A DNA stretch of 64,000 nucleotides from Octopus vulgaris (lineage: Eukaryota), in NCBI GenBank assembly GCA_951406725.2, contig OX597842.1, positions 9,982,001-10,046,000 on the forward strand, written 5' to 3'. The position numbers and the translations under genes are program-made. Below the pieces are notes generated by a model. It was not told the DNA's origin and ran no database searches. It saw nothing but the letters and a program-made list of their open reading frames with translations. Positions within the stretch are counted from its first letter, which is position 1, and the number at the start of each line of letters is the position of its first letter. Below are positions 28,884-42,570 of this stretch, piece by piece.

Positions 28884-29679
28884 ATATATATATATATCTG
28901 TCTATCTCTCTCCCTCTCTCTCTTTCTCCCTCCCTCTTTCTCACTGGCTCTCTCTTCCGCCCCCCCTTTCCCCTGTTATGTGTTAAGGTTTGAAGGAAGA
29001 AAGTAGTAGGAGGAGAAGAAAGAAGAAGACGGTGAGAGAGTAGGGTGGAAGATTATTATCTCACCACATGGGAGAGTGCACAGAGCGGTGGTGGTTAGGG
29101 GGTTTGTGAAGTCCTGTTTCTATAAATGAGCTGAACCATCACCACCACCATCACCACTACCACCACCTACACTACCACCACCACCGCCAACACGTCCACT
29201 GCTACAACACCACCACCACCACCTGCACTACTACCACCTCCATCACCACCAACAACAACAACAATACCATCATCATCACCACCACTACTATTACCACCAC
29301 AACCACCACCACTGCCAACACCTCCACCACCACCACCTGCACTACCACCACGACCATCACCACCAACACCATCACGACCACGACCACCACCACCACCATC
29401 ACCAACACCACCACCATCACCACCAGCACCATCACGACCACCACCACCATCACTACCACCACCACCATCACCACCAACACCAACACCACCACTGCTATCA
29501 CCACCACCATCACCGCCAACACTAGCACCACCACCACCTCAACCATCTGATAAGGGAGCCTCTACAATGGTACTTGATATGCAAGAATTAGAAGCCAAAT
29601 CTGCCTCAAATCTCATCCTAGGACACTTTTGATGAATTATTCAAAGATATGTTGTGTTTGGTTAACAAATGGGTTAACA

Positions 29680-30927
29680 AGACTGACCTAGGGCTAAACA
29701 ACAACAACAGCTATAGCCACCAATACTAACTACTACACATTAGATAATGTAGTCCTAGATACGCTATGCCTGAATGAAAGATCATAGGTCTGCCTGGATC
29801 AGGACTGACCTAGGGCTAAATGATAACTATAACCACTAATACTAACTAGTACTCCATACATTACATAATGTAGTCCTAGATACACTAAGTCTATATAAAA
29901 GATGGGATGGTCATAGCTGGAACATCTTGTCTGGATCAGGTCTGACCTGGGGCTAAACAACTAAAACTATAGCCACTAACACTAACTGCTATGCTACACA
30001 TTAGATAATGTAGTCCTAGATACACTATGCCTGAATATAAGATGGGATGGTCACAGTTGGATCATCTTTGATCATAGGTCTGTCTGGATCAGGACTGACC
30101 TGGGGCTAAACAACAACTATAGCCACTAACACTAACTGCTATACTACACATTAGATAATGTAGTCCTAGATACACTATGCCTGAATATAAGATGGGATGG
30201 TCACAGTTGGATCATCTTTGATCATAGGTCTGTCTGGATCAGGACTGACCTGGGGCTAAACAACAACTATAGCCACTAACACTAACTGCTATACTACACA
30301 TTAGATAATGTAGTCCTAGATACACTATGCCTGAATATAAGATGGGATGGTCACAGTTGGATCATCTTTGATCATAGGTCTGTCTGGATCAGGACTGACC
30401 TGGGGCTAAACAACAACTATAGCCACTAACACTAACTGCTATACTACACATTAGATAATGTAGTCCTAGATACACTATGCCTGAATATAAGATGGGATGG
30501 TCACAGTTGGATCATCTTTGATCATAGGTCTGTCTGGATCAGGACTGACCTGGGGCTAAACAACAACTATAGCCACTAACACTAACTGCTATACTACACA
30601 TTAGATAATGTAGTCCTAGATACACTATGCCTGAATATAAGATGGGATGGTCACAGTTGGATCATCTTTGATCATAGGTCTGTCTGGATCAGGACTGACC
30701 TGGGGCTAAACAACAACTATAGCCACTAACACTAACTGCTATACTACACATTAGATAATGTAGTCCTAGATACACTATGCCTGAATATAAGATGGGATGG
30801 TCACAGTTGGATCATCTTTGATCATAGGTCTGTCTGGATCAGGACTGACCTGGGGCTAAACAACAACAGCAATTTTAGCCACTAATACTAACTACCATAC
30901 ACTAGATAATATAGTCCTAGATACACT
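29680..30927. repeat. 150-bp tandem repeat (6 near-identical units plus degenerate flanks)
   Basis: ttagataatgtagtcctaga recurs at 30001, 30151, 30301, 30451, 30601 and 30751. An inverted relative lies at 57890-58165. Confidence 0.95.
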
Positions 30928-30986
30928 GTACATTATTTACATTATTTACATTTGATGGATATTTGTCCTCATCATGTTTGTTATTA

Positions 30987-31030
30987 ACACAACGTTTCGG
31001 CTGATATACCCTCCAGCCTTCTTCAGGTGT
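30987..31030 (-). ncRNA. Minimal hammerhead ribozyme motif (Penelope-like type)
   Basis: ACAC-CUGAAGA-A-GGCUG..CAGCC-GAAAC-GUU-GUGU. Confidence 0.65.
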
Positions 31031-31310
31031 CTTGGGGAAATTTCGAACCTGGGTTCTCATTCCTAAGGTATTTTTCGATGTTATTATTATTATTATTGTG
31101 AAGGTACGTGGCTCAGTGGTTAGAGCGTCGAGCTTACGATCGTGAGGTTGTGAGTTTGATCCTCGGACCAGGATGTGTGTTGTGTTCTTGAGCAAGACAC
31201 TTTATTTCACATTGTTCCTGTTAACTCGGCTGTAGAAATGAGTTGCAACGTCACTGGTGCCAAGCTCTATCGGCCCCTTTGCTTTTCTCTTGGATAACAT
31301 TGGTGGTGTG

Positions 31311-31341
<31 letters not shown>

Positions 31342-31352
<11 letters not shown>

Positions 31353-31845
31353 TAAGAGAGTGGTCACTATGTGGCTCACTCTAGCACTAGTAATAGATCC
31401 AATAGGTTTCAACCACAAAAATACATGTTTCCCATGAAAGTCAGTACGATTGTTAGCTCACACGAACAGGGCAAAAATACAGATTATTTTGGGACAATTG
31501 TTTCGCTATTAATGAATTAAATGTAATTTTACTCACAATAACTCACTTGTAGCTCCTCAGCCAAAACTATCTGGATGAAATCCACTCAATCACACGCCAG
31601 ATTTTACCATAACTGAGGAGCTACAAGTGAGTTATTGTGAGTAAAATTACATTTAATTCATTAATAGCGAAACAATTGTCCCAAAATAATCTGTATTTTT
31701 GTTATTTTTTATTTGCCCTGTTCGTGTGAGCTAACAATCGTACTGACTTTCATGGGAAACATGTATTTTTGTGGTTGAAACCTATTGGATCTATTACTAG
31801 TGCTAGAGTGAGCCACATAGTGACCACTCTCTTATATTTATTTAT
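31342..31845. mobile_element. Fold-back element (arms about 220 bp) next to (TA)n, with a hammerhead core in each arm; probable non-autonomous Penelope-like element
   Basis: Near-perfect inverted repeat 31342-31560 / 31613-31845 with one short indel. Confidence 0.65.
31487..31566 (-). ncRNA. Type I hammerhead ribozyme motif
   Basis: UUUUGG-CUGAGGA-GCUA..UAGC-GAAAC-AAUU-GUC^CCAAAA: full core, 6-bp helix I, 4-bp helix II base, palindromic helix III loop. Confidence 0.8.
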
Positions 31846-31956
31846 GTATAAAATGTATAAAATGTTATAATAATCCAGGTTTCTTTGTGCACTGGGCCAC
31901 TTGGTGTTGAATAGGTATACTATTAAATTAGTATCTAATTCTCTCACCCTTATTAA

Positions 31957-31992
<36 letters not shown>

Positions 31993-32121
31993 ATGATATA
32001 TATATATGATGATATATATATATGATATATGTATGATATATATATATATATCATATATATATCATATATATATATATATAGATATGATGATATATATATA
32101 TATGATGATATATATATATAT

Positions 32122-32483
32122 AGGCCACCCCGACCGGCCTCCGTGCCGGTGGCACGTAAAAGCACTATCCGTTCGTGTCCGTTGCCAGCCTCGCCTGGCC
32201 CCCGTGCCGGTGGCATGTAGCACCATCCGTTCGTGGCCGTTACCAGCCTCGCCTGGCCCCCATGCCGGTGGCACGTAAAAGCACCATCGTGCGGGTGGCA
32301 CGTAAAAAGCACCCACTACACTCACGGAGTGGTTGGCGTTAGGAAGGGCATCCAGCCGTAGAAACACTGCCAGATCAGACTGGAGCCTGGTGCAGCCTTC
32401 TGGCTTCCCAGATCCCCAGTTAAACCGTCCAACCCATGCTAGCATGGAAAGTGGACGCTAAATGATGATGATGATGATGATGA

Positions 32484-32490
<7 letters not shown>
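32122..32490 (+). mobile_element. Interspersed retroposon family B with tandem GTGCCGGTGGCAC hairpin units and an (ATG)n tail
   Basis: ggcgttaggaagggcatccagc.gtagaaac...gacgctaaatgatgat. Other copies at 3650-3817, 4120-4410, 5495-5910, 9670-9970 and 38060-38350. Confidence 0.7.
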
Positions 32491-32525
<35 letters not shown>

Positions 32526-33182
32526 AGATGTATGTATGAACTACAAGAGGTTGCTAAAAACAAAATATTGACAGGATCAATGTAACTCAGACGTAGGGGA
32601 GTCGACATGACAAGGTAGACAGGGGTGGACAGCGAGGGGTGGGGCGGGGTTGGGTGGGAGGGTGGCAAGGTGGAGGAGGGGGGTGGGGTGGAGAGCGAGA
32701 GCGTAATCAATGACTTAATCGATAATGAAGAAACGGCATTTAATTAAGTATTGTTTTTCGTAACAACAAGCGGAGAGAACTTTTTGTCCTTGATCTCGGC
32801 TTACGGTGCGGGGAGGAGGAGGGGACGGGGTAAAGTGATGCTGATGATGATGATGATGATGATGAGGCAGAGGAGAAGGAGGTCGGTGGTGATGGTGATT
32901 ACGTTGATATTCATGGTAACGATTGCAGTGGTGGTGGTGGGGGTGGTGGTGATGGTGGTCGTCGTCGTCATTGTCGTGGCGGTGGTCATAGTGGTGGTGG
33001 TGGTGGTGGTGGTGTTTGTGGTCATGGTGGTGGTCGTTGTGGTGATGGTCGTGGTGGTGGTCGTGGTGGTGGCTGTGATGGTGGTGGTGGTCGTGGTCGT
33101 GGTGGTTGTGGTGGTGGTCGTGGTCGTGGTGGTGGTCGTGGTCGTGGCTGTGATGGTGGTGGTGGTCGTGGTGGTGGTGGTT

Positions 33183-33222
<40 letters not shown>

Positions 33223-33459
33223 CTGTGATGGTGGTCGTCGTCGTGGTGGTAGTGGTGGTGGTGGTGGTGGTGGTAGTGAGGTGGTGGTGGTGGTCGTGGT
33301 AGTGCTCATGGTGGTGGTGGTGGAAAATGATAAACATGATGATGATGATGATGATGATGATCAGCATTGTTGTAATCATTGTTGTCGCCATCAACATCAT
33401 CATCACTATCACCAGCACCATCAGCAACCATTATCATCATCATCAGCAGCAGCAGCAGC

Positions 33460-33601
33460 AGGAGTGGCTGTGTGGTAAGTAGCTTGCTAACCAACCACAT
33501 GGTTCCGGGCATCTTGGGCAAGTGTCTTCTACTATAGCCTTGGGCCGACCAAAGCCTTGTGAGTGGAATTGGTAGACAGAAACTGAAAGAAGCCTATCGT
33601 A

Positions 33602-33650
<49 letters not shown>

Positions 33651-33875
33651 ATGTATATATATGTGTGTGTTTGTGTTTTTCCCCCCTACATTGCTTGACA
33701 ACTGATGCTGGTATGCTTACGTCCCCGTAACTTAGCAGTTCGGCAAGCGAGACCGATAGAATGACCGATAGGCTTACAAAGAATAAGTCCTGCGGTCGAT
33801 TTGCTCGACTAAAGGCGGTGCTCCAGCATGGCCGCCGTCAGATGACTGAAACAAGTAAGAGTATCAAAAGAGAGT
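33460..33875 (+). mobile_element. SINE family A, near full length
   Basis: Head-to-tail match with the other copies. Confidence 0.8.
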
Positions 33876-33962
33876 ATATATATATATATATACATATGTA
33901 TGTATGTATGTATGTATATATATATATATATATACATATGTATGTATGTATGTATGTGTATA

Positions 33963-34014
<52 letters not shown>

Positions 34015-34067
34015 ATGTATGTATATATATATATATATATATACATATGTATGTATGTATGTATATA

Positions 34068-34117
<50 letters not shown>

Positions 34118-34164
34118 ATGTATGTATGTATATATATATATATATATATACATATGTATGTATG

Positions 34165-34220
<56 letters not shown>

Positions 34221-34740
34221 CCGTTCTTCAGAATGCGTTCTAATGAATTTTTCCACCGTCAAGGCTTAAAAAAGCCCTTATTGTTGGTTTCTCCTTGTCC
34301 TGTCTTTTACTGTTTTTTTTCTTTATTTGTATTGCTTTTACTGTCCTGTTCTTGTCACCTTTTTTTTACCCCTCTGCAAAAAAATTTTATTCACTTTGCG
34401 GGAAGGACTGCTTCAATGTAGTTGTGTTCTGCCCTTACCTTCGAAACACGCAATGAGTCGAATCAGGGGCAGCTGAAGAAGGGGAATGTTCCTTGTGATG
34501 TTGTTTTGTGCTGTTTTCTCGTTGTTAAAAAAAGTCCGTTTCCTTGTTTGAGTTTATGTTTTCATTTCTCGTCGTGTTCTACGTTTATTTATGGTGTCCT
34601 GTACTCACATATTCATGTATATATACATATATATGTGGGTATGTACATATATGTATGTATGCATATGTTTTATTTATTAAATTGTTATATATATATATAT
34701 AAACAATATATGAACATATAAACACATATTTATACATACA

Positions 34741-35110
34741 CTAGCAGTATCGCCCGGCGTTGCTCGGATTTGTAAGGGAAATAACTATAAAGCATTTTTA
34801 GAGAGTTATAGCCAAAAAATGGAAAAAAAATGATGGTAAATTTTTTTTAGTTAAAAAGGTCGAGTTGCGTCCCCTAGACAGTCTGTGGTTTGTGTTTCTG
34901 ATTCTCGACCCCATGTCGAATTTATCGATTTTTTTCAGAACTGGGGGAACCTTTCAAAATTTTCGCTGCGTTAGTTTTGAATTATGACATTGGGCTATGT
35001 GTGTGTCAAGTTTCATCAGAATCGGTTGAAAGTCGTGGTCAGGGTGAGGGTACAACCTAACAGACACACAGAAACACACACAGACAAACTGCCGTTTATA
35101 TATAGAGAGA
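34741..35110 (-). mobile_element. Non-autonomous Helitron
   Basis: The minus strand starts TC..tatatataaac and ends with a GC-rich hairpin (ccgagcaacgccggg) and CTAG followed by T. Confidence 0.7.
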
Positions 35111-35576
35111 TATATATACGTATGTATGTATGTTTGTATGTATAAATATGTGTTTATATGTTCATATATTGAAAAATATGGATGTGCACGAGCATTCTCA
35201 TTTAAGTTGATTAAGGAATAAATTAATCTTTGATGAAGGCAATTTCTTGCAAAAATCCAAGACTAGTGCAAGAGAGACAAGAACCAAGATGTCCTTATGT
35301 TCCCATGTATATGTATTTATTTATTTTAAAATCCTGTTTAGTCTCATACCATCTCCTGTATTCTCATCCAAATTGGACCTGAGTTCAAACATTCCTCTGT
35401 GGCACGCTTCAACAATTTTAAAGAATCTTTTTACCTGAAAGCATTTAGAGCCTTGTTAACCTACAAATTAAAAAAAATATTTATCCATAAATGCAGTACT
35501 GAGCAGTTATTCTCACCATTTCATATTAGCATATAGACAAACAGACAGATAGATGAGATAGATGGATAAATAGATG

Positions 35577-35679
<103 letters not shown>

Positions 35680-35729
35680 TAGATAGATAGACAGATAGAC
35701 AGATTAGATAGACAGACAGACAGACAGAC

Positions 35730-35775
<46 letters not shown>

Positions 35776-36399
35776 GTAGATAGATAAATAGATAAACAGA
35801 CAGAGAGATAGATAGATAGACAGACAGATAGGCAGACAGACAGACAGACAGGCAGACAAGCAGACAAACAGACAGATAGAGAGAGAGAGAGAAATTGATA
35901 GATAGACAGACACAGACAGAGATAGATAGGTAGATAGATAAATAGATAGATAGATAGACAGACAGAGAGACAGATAGGCAGAACAGATAGCTAGAGAGAT
36001 TGATAGACAGACAGACAGACAGATAGACAGACAGATAGGCAGACAGACGGACGGACGGACAGATAGAGAGACAGGCAGATGAACAAATGGACAAAAAGAC
36101 AGACAGACAGGCAGATAGATAGATAGATAGATAAATACATACATAAACACACACACCCACATTATAAATTCATTAGCATGACCCCTGATGTGCCTGTGCA
36201 TTTTTTTCTCTTTATGCTTTTCCTGTTCAATCTTCCGTCCTTCGTGTCTTATCTTGAATATATTGTGCGCATACCTTGGGCTTTCATTGCTGTCTTTCTT
36301 TACTTAACCTATTTCTACATTCCCCGGTAGTCTGGACGTTTCGCTTCCCTGGGTATAAACACTTTAAACCTCCAATGTCTGGCAAAGTGTCTTGACAAA

Positions 36400-37261
36400 A
36401 GGTGAATTATCCAAACCCCAAAAGAATCCCTCTCAACACATGGCTATGATGCTCCCCCACTACTTCTGCTCGTGATCAGAGATGCACATATCGTCAGCCA
36501 CCAAGGGACATGCTCAACTGGTTTAAGGTCAAACAACTGACAAGCAAATCTGTGGTATTGAGCAGAATATTTGCTGTAAAACCCATCTTTTATACTAAGA
36601 CAAAACAATGTACATGATAACACTTCCAATCAGTTAAGATGAGAAGCCATGAGAGCCACTGCCTGGTACTGCATCAGGGCATTTATTATTATTATTATTA
36701 TTATTATGGAGTGAGAGAGCACTGCATGCCATCAAAGTGACACTGGGGTACAAATACACGAAGCCCAGTATACCCCTTATGACTACCTGTCTGATAAGGG
36801 TACATCAGGCACATGCATCGCAACCATATGTGTGCGGCATTTTGATCTATCAAGATTAACAGCACATGACCTTGCAGGTTGGGGCCCAGTTAGAATTTTC
36901 TTCTGGTTGAGTAGCCTGTCCTGCTCAAAGGCTCCCTGAATAAGGATTGTTTAAGAATGTTGAACGAAACACCCATGTCTCCGAAGGTGTATTATTCAAA
37001 CCCCAAAGAATCTCTCTCAACTCATGGCTATGATGCTCCCCCACTACTTCTGCTCGTGATCAGAGATGCACCTATCCTCAGCCACTAAGGGACATGCTTA
37101 ACTGGTTATGGTCAAACAACTGACAAGCAAATCTGTGGTATTGAACAGAATATTTGCTGTAGCCCATCTTTTATACCAAGACAAAACAATGTACATGATA
37201 ACACTTCCAATCAGTTAAGATCAGAAGCCATGAGAGCCACTGCCTGGTACTGCATCAGGGC

Positions 37262-37292
<31 letters not shown>
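36400..37292. repeat. Interspersed element with a direct repeat of about 300 bp ending in (ATT)n
   Basis: 36400-36705 is nearly identical to 36985-37292. Confidence 0.6.
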
Positions 37293-37294
<2 letters not shown>

Positions 37295-37561
37295 TTGGAT
37301 TGAGAAGTGGACAGCTGAGGAGGCGCTGGTGGTGACGAGGAGTTGATGTGACCAAAAGAAATTTATAAAAGGCCTGGTAACCAGTCTAAGGGGAAGTAAT
37401 CGTGGTTGGATGACGTTTCTTATTTCCCTTGTTACACTTGTGGCTCTATCCATTTATCTAGCTCTATAAACATACAACATCGTTGTCATCATTTAACGTC
37501 CGCTTTCCATGCTGGCATGGGTTAGACGCTTTGACTCGGACTGCTAAACCGGAGGGTGGCA

Positions 37562-37620
<59 letters not shown>

Positions 37621-37651
37621 GACATACATATACACACACATATATATATAT

Positions 37652-37893
37652 GGCAGGAGTGGCTGCGTGGTAAGTAGCTTGCTTACCAACCACATGGTTC
37701 CGGGTTCAGTCCCACTGCGTGGCATCTTGGGTGTGTTTACGTCCCCGTCACTTAACGGTTCGGCAAAAAGAGACCGATAGAATAAGTACTGGGCTTACAA
37801 AGAATAAGTCCTGGGGTCGATTTGCTCGACTAAAGGCGGTGCTCCAGCATGGCCGCAGTCAAATGACTGAAACAAGTAAAAGAGTAAAGAGTA
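37652..37893 (+). mobile_element. SINE family A with an internal deletion
   Basis: The head is joined directly to the 3' half. Confidence 0.75.
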
Positions 37894-38379
37894 TATATAT
37901 ATATATATATATACATATGACTGTGCGTGCACACACACGCATATATATATATACACTACACACACACATATACATATATATACACACGTACATATATATG
38001 TATATATATACATACACACACATGTACATATATATGCACATACATATATACACTACACACACATCATCATCATTGTTTAACGTCCGCTTTCCATGCTGGC
38101 ATGGGTTAGACGGTTTGACTAAGGACTGGCAAACCAGATGGCTGCACCAGGCTCCAATCGTATCTGGCAAAGTTTCTACAGCCGGATGCCCTTCCTAACG
38201 CCAACCACTCCAAGAGAGTAGTGAGTGCTTTTACGTGCCACCAGCATGAGGGCCAGTCAGGTGGTTCTGGTATCGACCACACTCATAGGTGTTTTTACGT
38301 GCTACCTGCATGGGAGCCAGTCCGGTGGCACAGGCAACGACCACATTCAAATGTTGATTCTACAATTGAAGATAAGTTC

Positions 38380-40930
38380 TCGGACAAATCTGTCTCTCTC
38401 TGATGTTTATTGTGTTTTTAACACAACAAATTTATGTTGTCCTGAGAAATACACTGTAACTGGCCTATAAAAAATGTGTGTGTATTATGTATGATACATA
38501 GATGGCTATTTAAGTTTAATATTGTCTCAACTGCATCTCAAAGACATACATCATCTTGAAAGAATCCAAAAGCTGGCTACTCGCATGGTTCTTGGTCTCA
38601 AGCATTTGTCTTATGAAGAAAGGCTGAAGACACTCAACCTTTATTCTCTAGAAAAACGCTGACGCCGTGGTGATCTCATTCTCGCTCACATCATAAGCGG
38701 AAAGTGTAACCTCTCGAAAGAGCTGTTCTTCACTCCTGCTCCAGAGCGTGGGCTGCAGGGTCACTCCGAAAAGTTCTATCTGCGACGATTTCATCTCAAT
38801 CGAAGGAGAGGGGCTTTCTCCGTCCGGGTTGCGGATCTGTGGAATAAACTGCCGGACGAGATAGTGAAGATGCCGACGACCGCTCGGTTCAAAGTCTCTC
38901 TTGACCACAAGTGGCCTGAACTCTTTGCATGAACACCCTCCCTGTACATAACTCCCTGTCCCCCTACATGGCCTTGCTTTTGCTTTTTGAGCCAATAAAA
39001 ATTGAATTGAATATATATATATAAAGCTCTATCTGTGACGATTTCATCTCAATCGAAGGAGAGGCGCTTTCTCCGTCCGGGTTGCAGATCCGTGGAATAA
39101 GCTGCCGGACGAGATAGTGAAGATGCCGACGACCGTTCGGTTCAAAGTCTCTCTTGACCAGAAATGGCCTGAACTCTTTGCATGAACACCCTCCCTGTAC
39201 ATAACTCCATGTCCCCCTACATGGCCTTGCATTTTGCTTTTTGAGCCAAAAAATTAACTTAACTATACAGAATTTTTATTCAGCCAAGCAGCTGCTTGCA
39301 TTATCAGTGAATATTTTAACTTTTACCTACATCAGAGAAAAATTTTTCATCTCAGCATGATGATGGCTATAAACACACAAAATTAAAAAGACATAAAAAT
39401 ACATCTTACACTCAAGCTGGTGGCCATTTCTAGTACAAATCTTTGCCTCTCCCTAATGTTTATTGTGTTTTTAACACAACAAATCTGTTATCTTGGAACA
39501 AATACTGCTGTAACTGGCCTTTAAAAAGTGTGTATATATTATGTACGATACATAGATGGCTGTTCAAGTTTACTATTGTCTCAACTGCATATACAGGAGT
39601 TTTATTCAGCCAAACAGCTGTTTGCATTATCAGTGAATGTTTTATTAACTTATTATTATATCAGAGACGAAAATTTTTTATTTAGCATGTGAATGGCTAT
39701 AAGCACACACTATGGAAAAGGCATAAAAATACATCTGGTACTCGTGTTGGCCATTACTGGGACACATTTTTCTGTCTATCACATGTTTTGTATTTTTAAC
39801 ACAACAAATCTATGTTATCTTGGGGAAAATACTGTTATAACTGGCCTATAAAAAGTGTGTGGCTATTTTAGTTTAATATTGTCTTGACTGCATATACAGA
39901 ATTTTTATTCAGCCAAGCAGCTGTTTGCATTATCAGTGAATGTTTTATTAACTTCTTTTTACATCAGAGACGAAAAATTTTCATTTAGCATGTGGATGGC
40001 TATAAGCACACACCATTAAAAAGCATAAAAATATATCTGGCACTCATGTTGGCCATTACTGGGACACATTTTTCTGTCTCTCCCATATTTATTGTATTTT
40101 TAATACAACAAATCTGTAATCTTGGGGGAAATACTGTTGTAACTGGCCTATAAAAAGTGTGTGGCTATTTTAGTTTAATATTGTCTCGACTGCATATACA
40201 GAATTTTTATTCAGCCAAGCAGCTGTTTGCATTATCAGTGAATGTTTTATTAACTTATTACATCAGAGACGAAGAGCTTTCATCTGAGACTGTGGATGGC
40301 TGCAAGAACACAGCATTGAAAAGGCATAAAAATGTGTCTTGGGGAAAATACTGTTGTAACTGGCCTATAAAAAGTGTGTAGCTATTTTAGTTTAATATTG
40401 TCTCGACTGCATATACAGGATTTTTATTCAGCCAAACAGCTGTTTGCATTATCAGTAAATGTTTTAACTTCTTATTACATCAGAGAGGAAAATTTTTCAT
40501 CTCAGCATGACGATGGCTATAAGCACGCACAATTAAAAAGACATAAAGTACATCTTACACTCGAGCTGGTGACCATTTCTAGTACAAATCTTTGCTTCTC
40601 CCTAATGTTTATTGTGCTTTTAACACAACAAATCTATGTTATCTTGGGACAAATACTGCTGTAACTGGCCTTTAAAAAGTGTGTATATATTATGTACAAT
40701 ACATAGATGGCTGTTCAAGTTTATTATTGTCTCAACTGCATATACTGAGTTTTTATTCAGCCAAGCAGCTGTTTGCATTATCAGTGAATGTTTTATTAAC
40801 TTATTACATCAGATACGAAGAGTTTTCATCTGAGACTGTGGATGGCTGTAAGCACACACTATGGAAAAGGTATAAAAATACATCGGGCACTCATGCTGGC
40901 CATTACTAAAACAAATCTTTGTCTCTCTGC
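38380..40930. repeat. Complex modular tandem repeat containing the CR1 insertion
   Basis: The modules ttttattcagccaagcagctgtttgcattatcagtgaatg and aactggcctataaaaagtgtgt each recur six or more times. Confidence 0.85.
38537..39262 (+). mobile_element. CR1-like LINE 3' fragment with a duplicated 3' end, inserted in a tandem repeat
   Basis: [17 protein letters not shown]...RGDLI...AFSVRVADLWNKLP. Segment about 38776-39000 is repeated at 39027-39262. Confidence 0.8.
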
Positions 40931-41248
40931 TCGATTAGAGTAAGTACCAGTTGAACATTGGGGGGGGGGGGTCGATGTAATCGACTACTCCCCTCCCCAA
41001 AACTGCTGCCCTTGTGGCAAAATTTGAAACCATTGTTGTTGTTGTTGTTATTTTTTTTATTATTATTATTATTATTATTGCAGAAAGTATCGCATCACTT
41101 TATTCCAGAAGAGAAAAAATATGTCAGTATCATCATCATCACCATCATCAACAGAGAAGTCTTTTCTCTTCAACAAAAAACAAAAAAAAAAAGAAGTGTG
41201 TCAGGGAAGAGGGGGATTGAGAAAAGGGGAGGAGGGGGTATCATATAC

Positions 41249-41279
<31 letters not shown>

Positions 41280-41520
41280 TATAAATACATATATATGTAT
41301 ACATATACATAAATATACATATATATACATACACAAATGTATACATATATATACATACACATATATACATATACAAATGTATTCATATATATACATATGT
41401 ATATATACATATACAAATGTATTCATATATATACATATGTATATATATATACATATAAATACACATTTATATATATACATACACATATATATACATATAT
41501 ATACATATACACATATATAT

Positions 41521-41569
<49 letters not shown>

Positions 41570-42570
41570 TACATATATATACATATACACATATATATAC
41601 ATATACACATATATATATACATATATATATTCATGTACATATACATACATATACATACATACATACATATATTCATGTACATATACATACATATACATAC
41701 ATACATATATATATTCATGTACATATACATACATATACATACATATATTCATGTACATATACATACATATACATACATACATATATATATATATATACAC
41801 ACACACATATATATGCATACATATACGTACGTGTGTGTGTGTGTGTGTTTGTAAAAAATAAACATAGAAAGAAATTATCCAATGTTCTGAAGTCAATAAG
41901 GAGCCTTCTTGCAAGGCATGTGGAGTTAATTAACTTGTTTAACGACAAGGATAATTACTGAAAAAGCAAGTTTGTCTCATGGTTTGTTTATATATATATA
42001 TATATTTCTTTTTTTCTTTTGTGGTATATTGATGTTAATTCTTTTTGTTTCCCCATATTTTACTTGGGTTTCTTTTCTTCCTGTTTAAACATCGTTATCT
42101 TGCCCTTTGTGTGTTGCGTTGGACAGCGCTGTGCTGAAGACAGTTCAACGGGCAGGAACTCTGGTTTAGTCAACAAAGCGAACCAGCCTTGAAAACAGAT
42201 TAGTTTCAAAGGCAGATCGGTTTCAAAGATAGATCAGTTGAGAAGAGATTCACAGCTGTAGAGAGAGAGGCTTCAAGAATATTCCAGTAACGGAGAAGAG
42301 TTTTTAGCTAAGATAATGATAGTTTGGTTAAGAATAGTTTAGTCAAGAAATATCAGAGCTGGGGACATTAATTGAATATGTTGGAAGCATGAGGTGGTGA
42401 GCTGAAGGAAAGATTAGCCAAGGACGCTGATCTGAAATCAGCTCAACTTGGAGGAGGAAAAGTTGAACTAAGGGTAATCTTCATCACACAGATGAGCTAA
42501 GGACTGATATCTCAAAGAGTTGTTCAAAGAAAAAGGAACCAGAGACATTTCCCTGTGCAGAGTTCCACTC

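Noticed and set aside
34400-34500. cgaaac and ctgaagaagggg as another hammerhead
   Set aside because: The core halves are in an order and pairing that I could not fold into a complete motif. It may be a permuted remnant.
42100-42560. Unique-looking purine-rich stretch as an exon
   Set aside because: No sustained open frame or convincing splice pair. It is more likely a decayed element.
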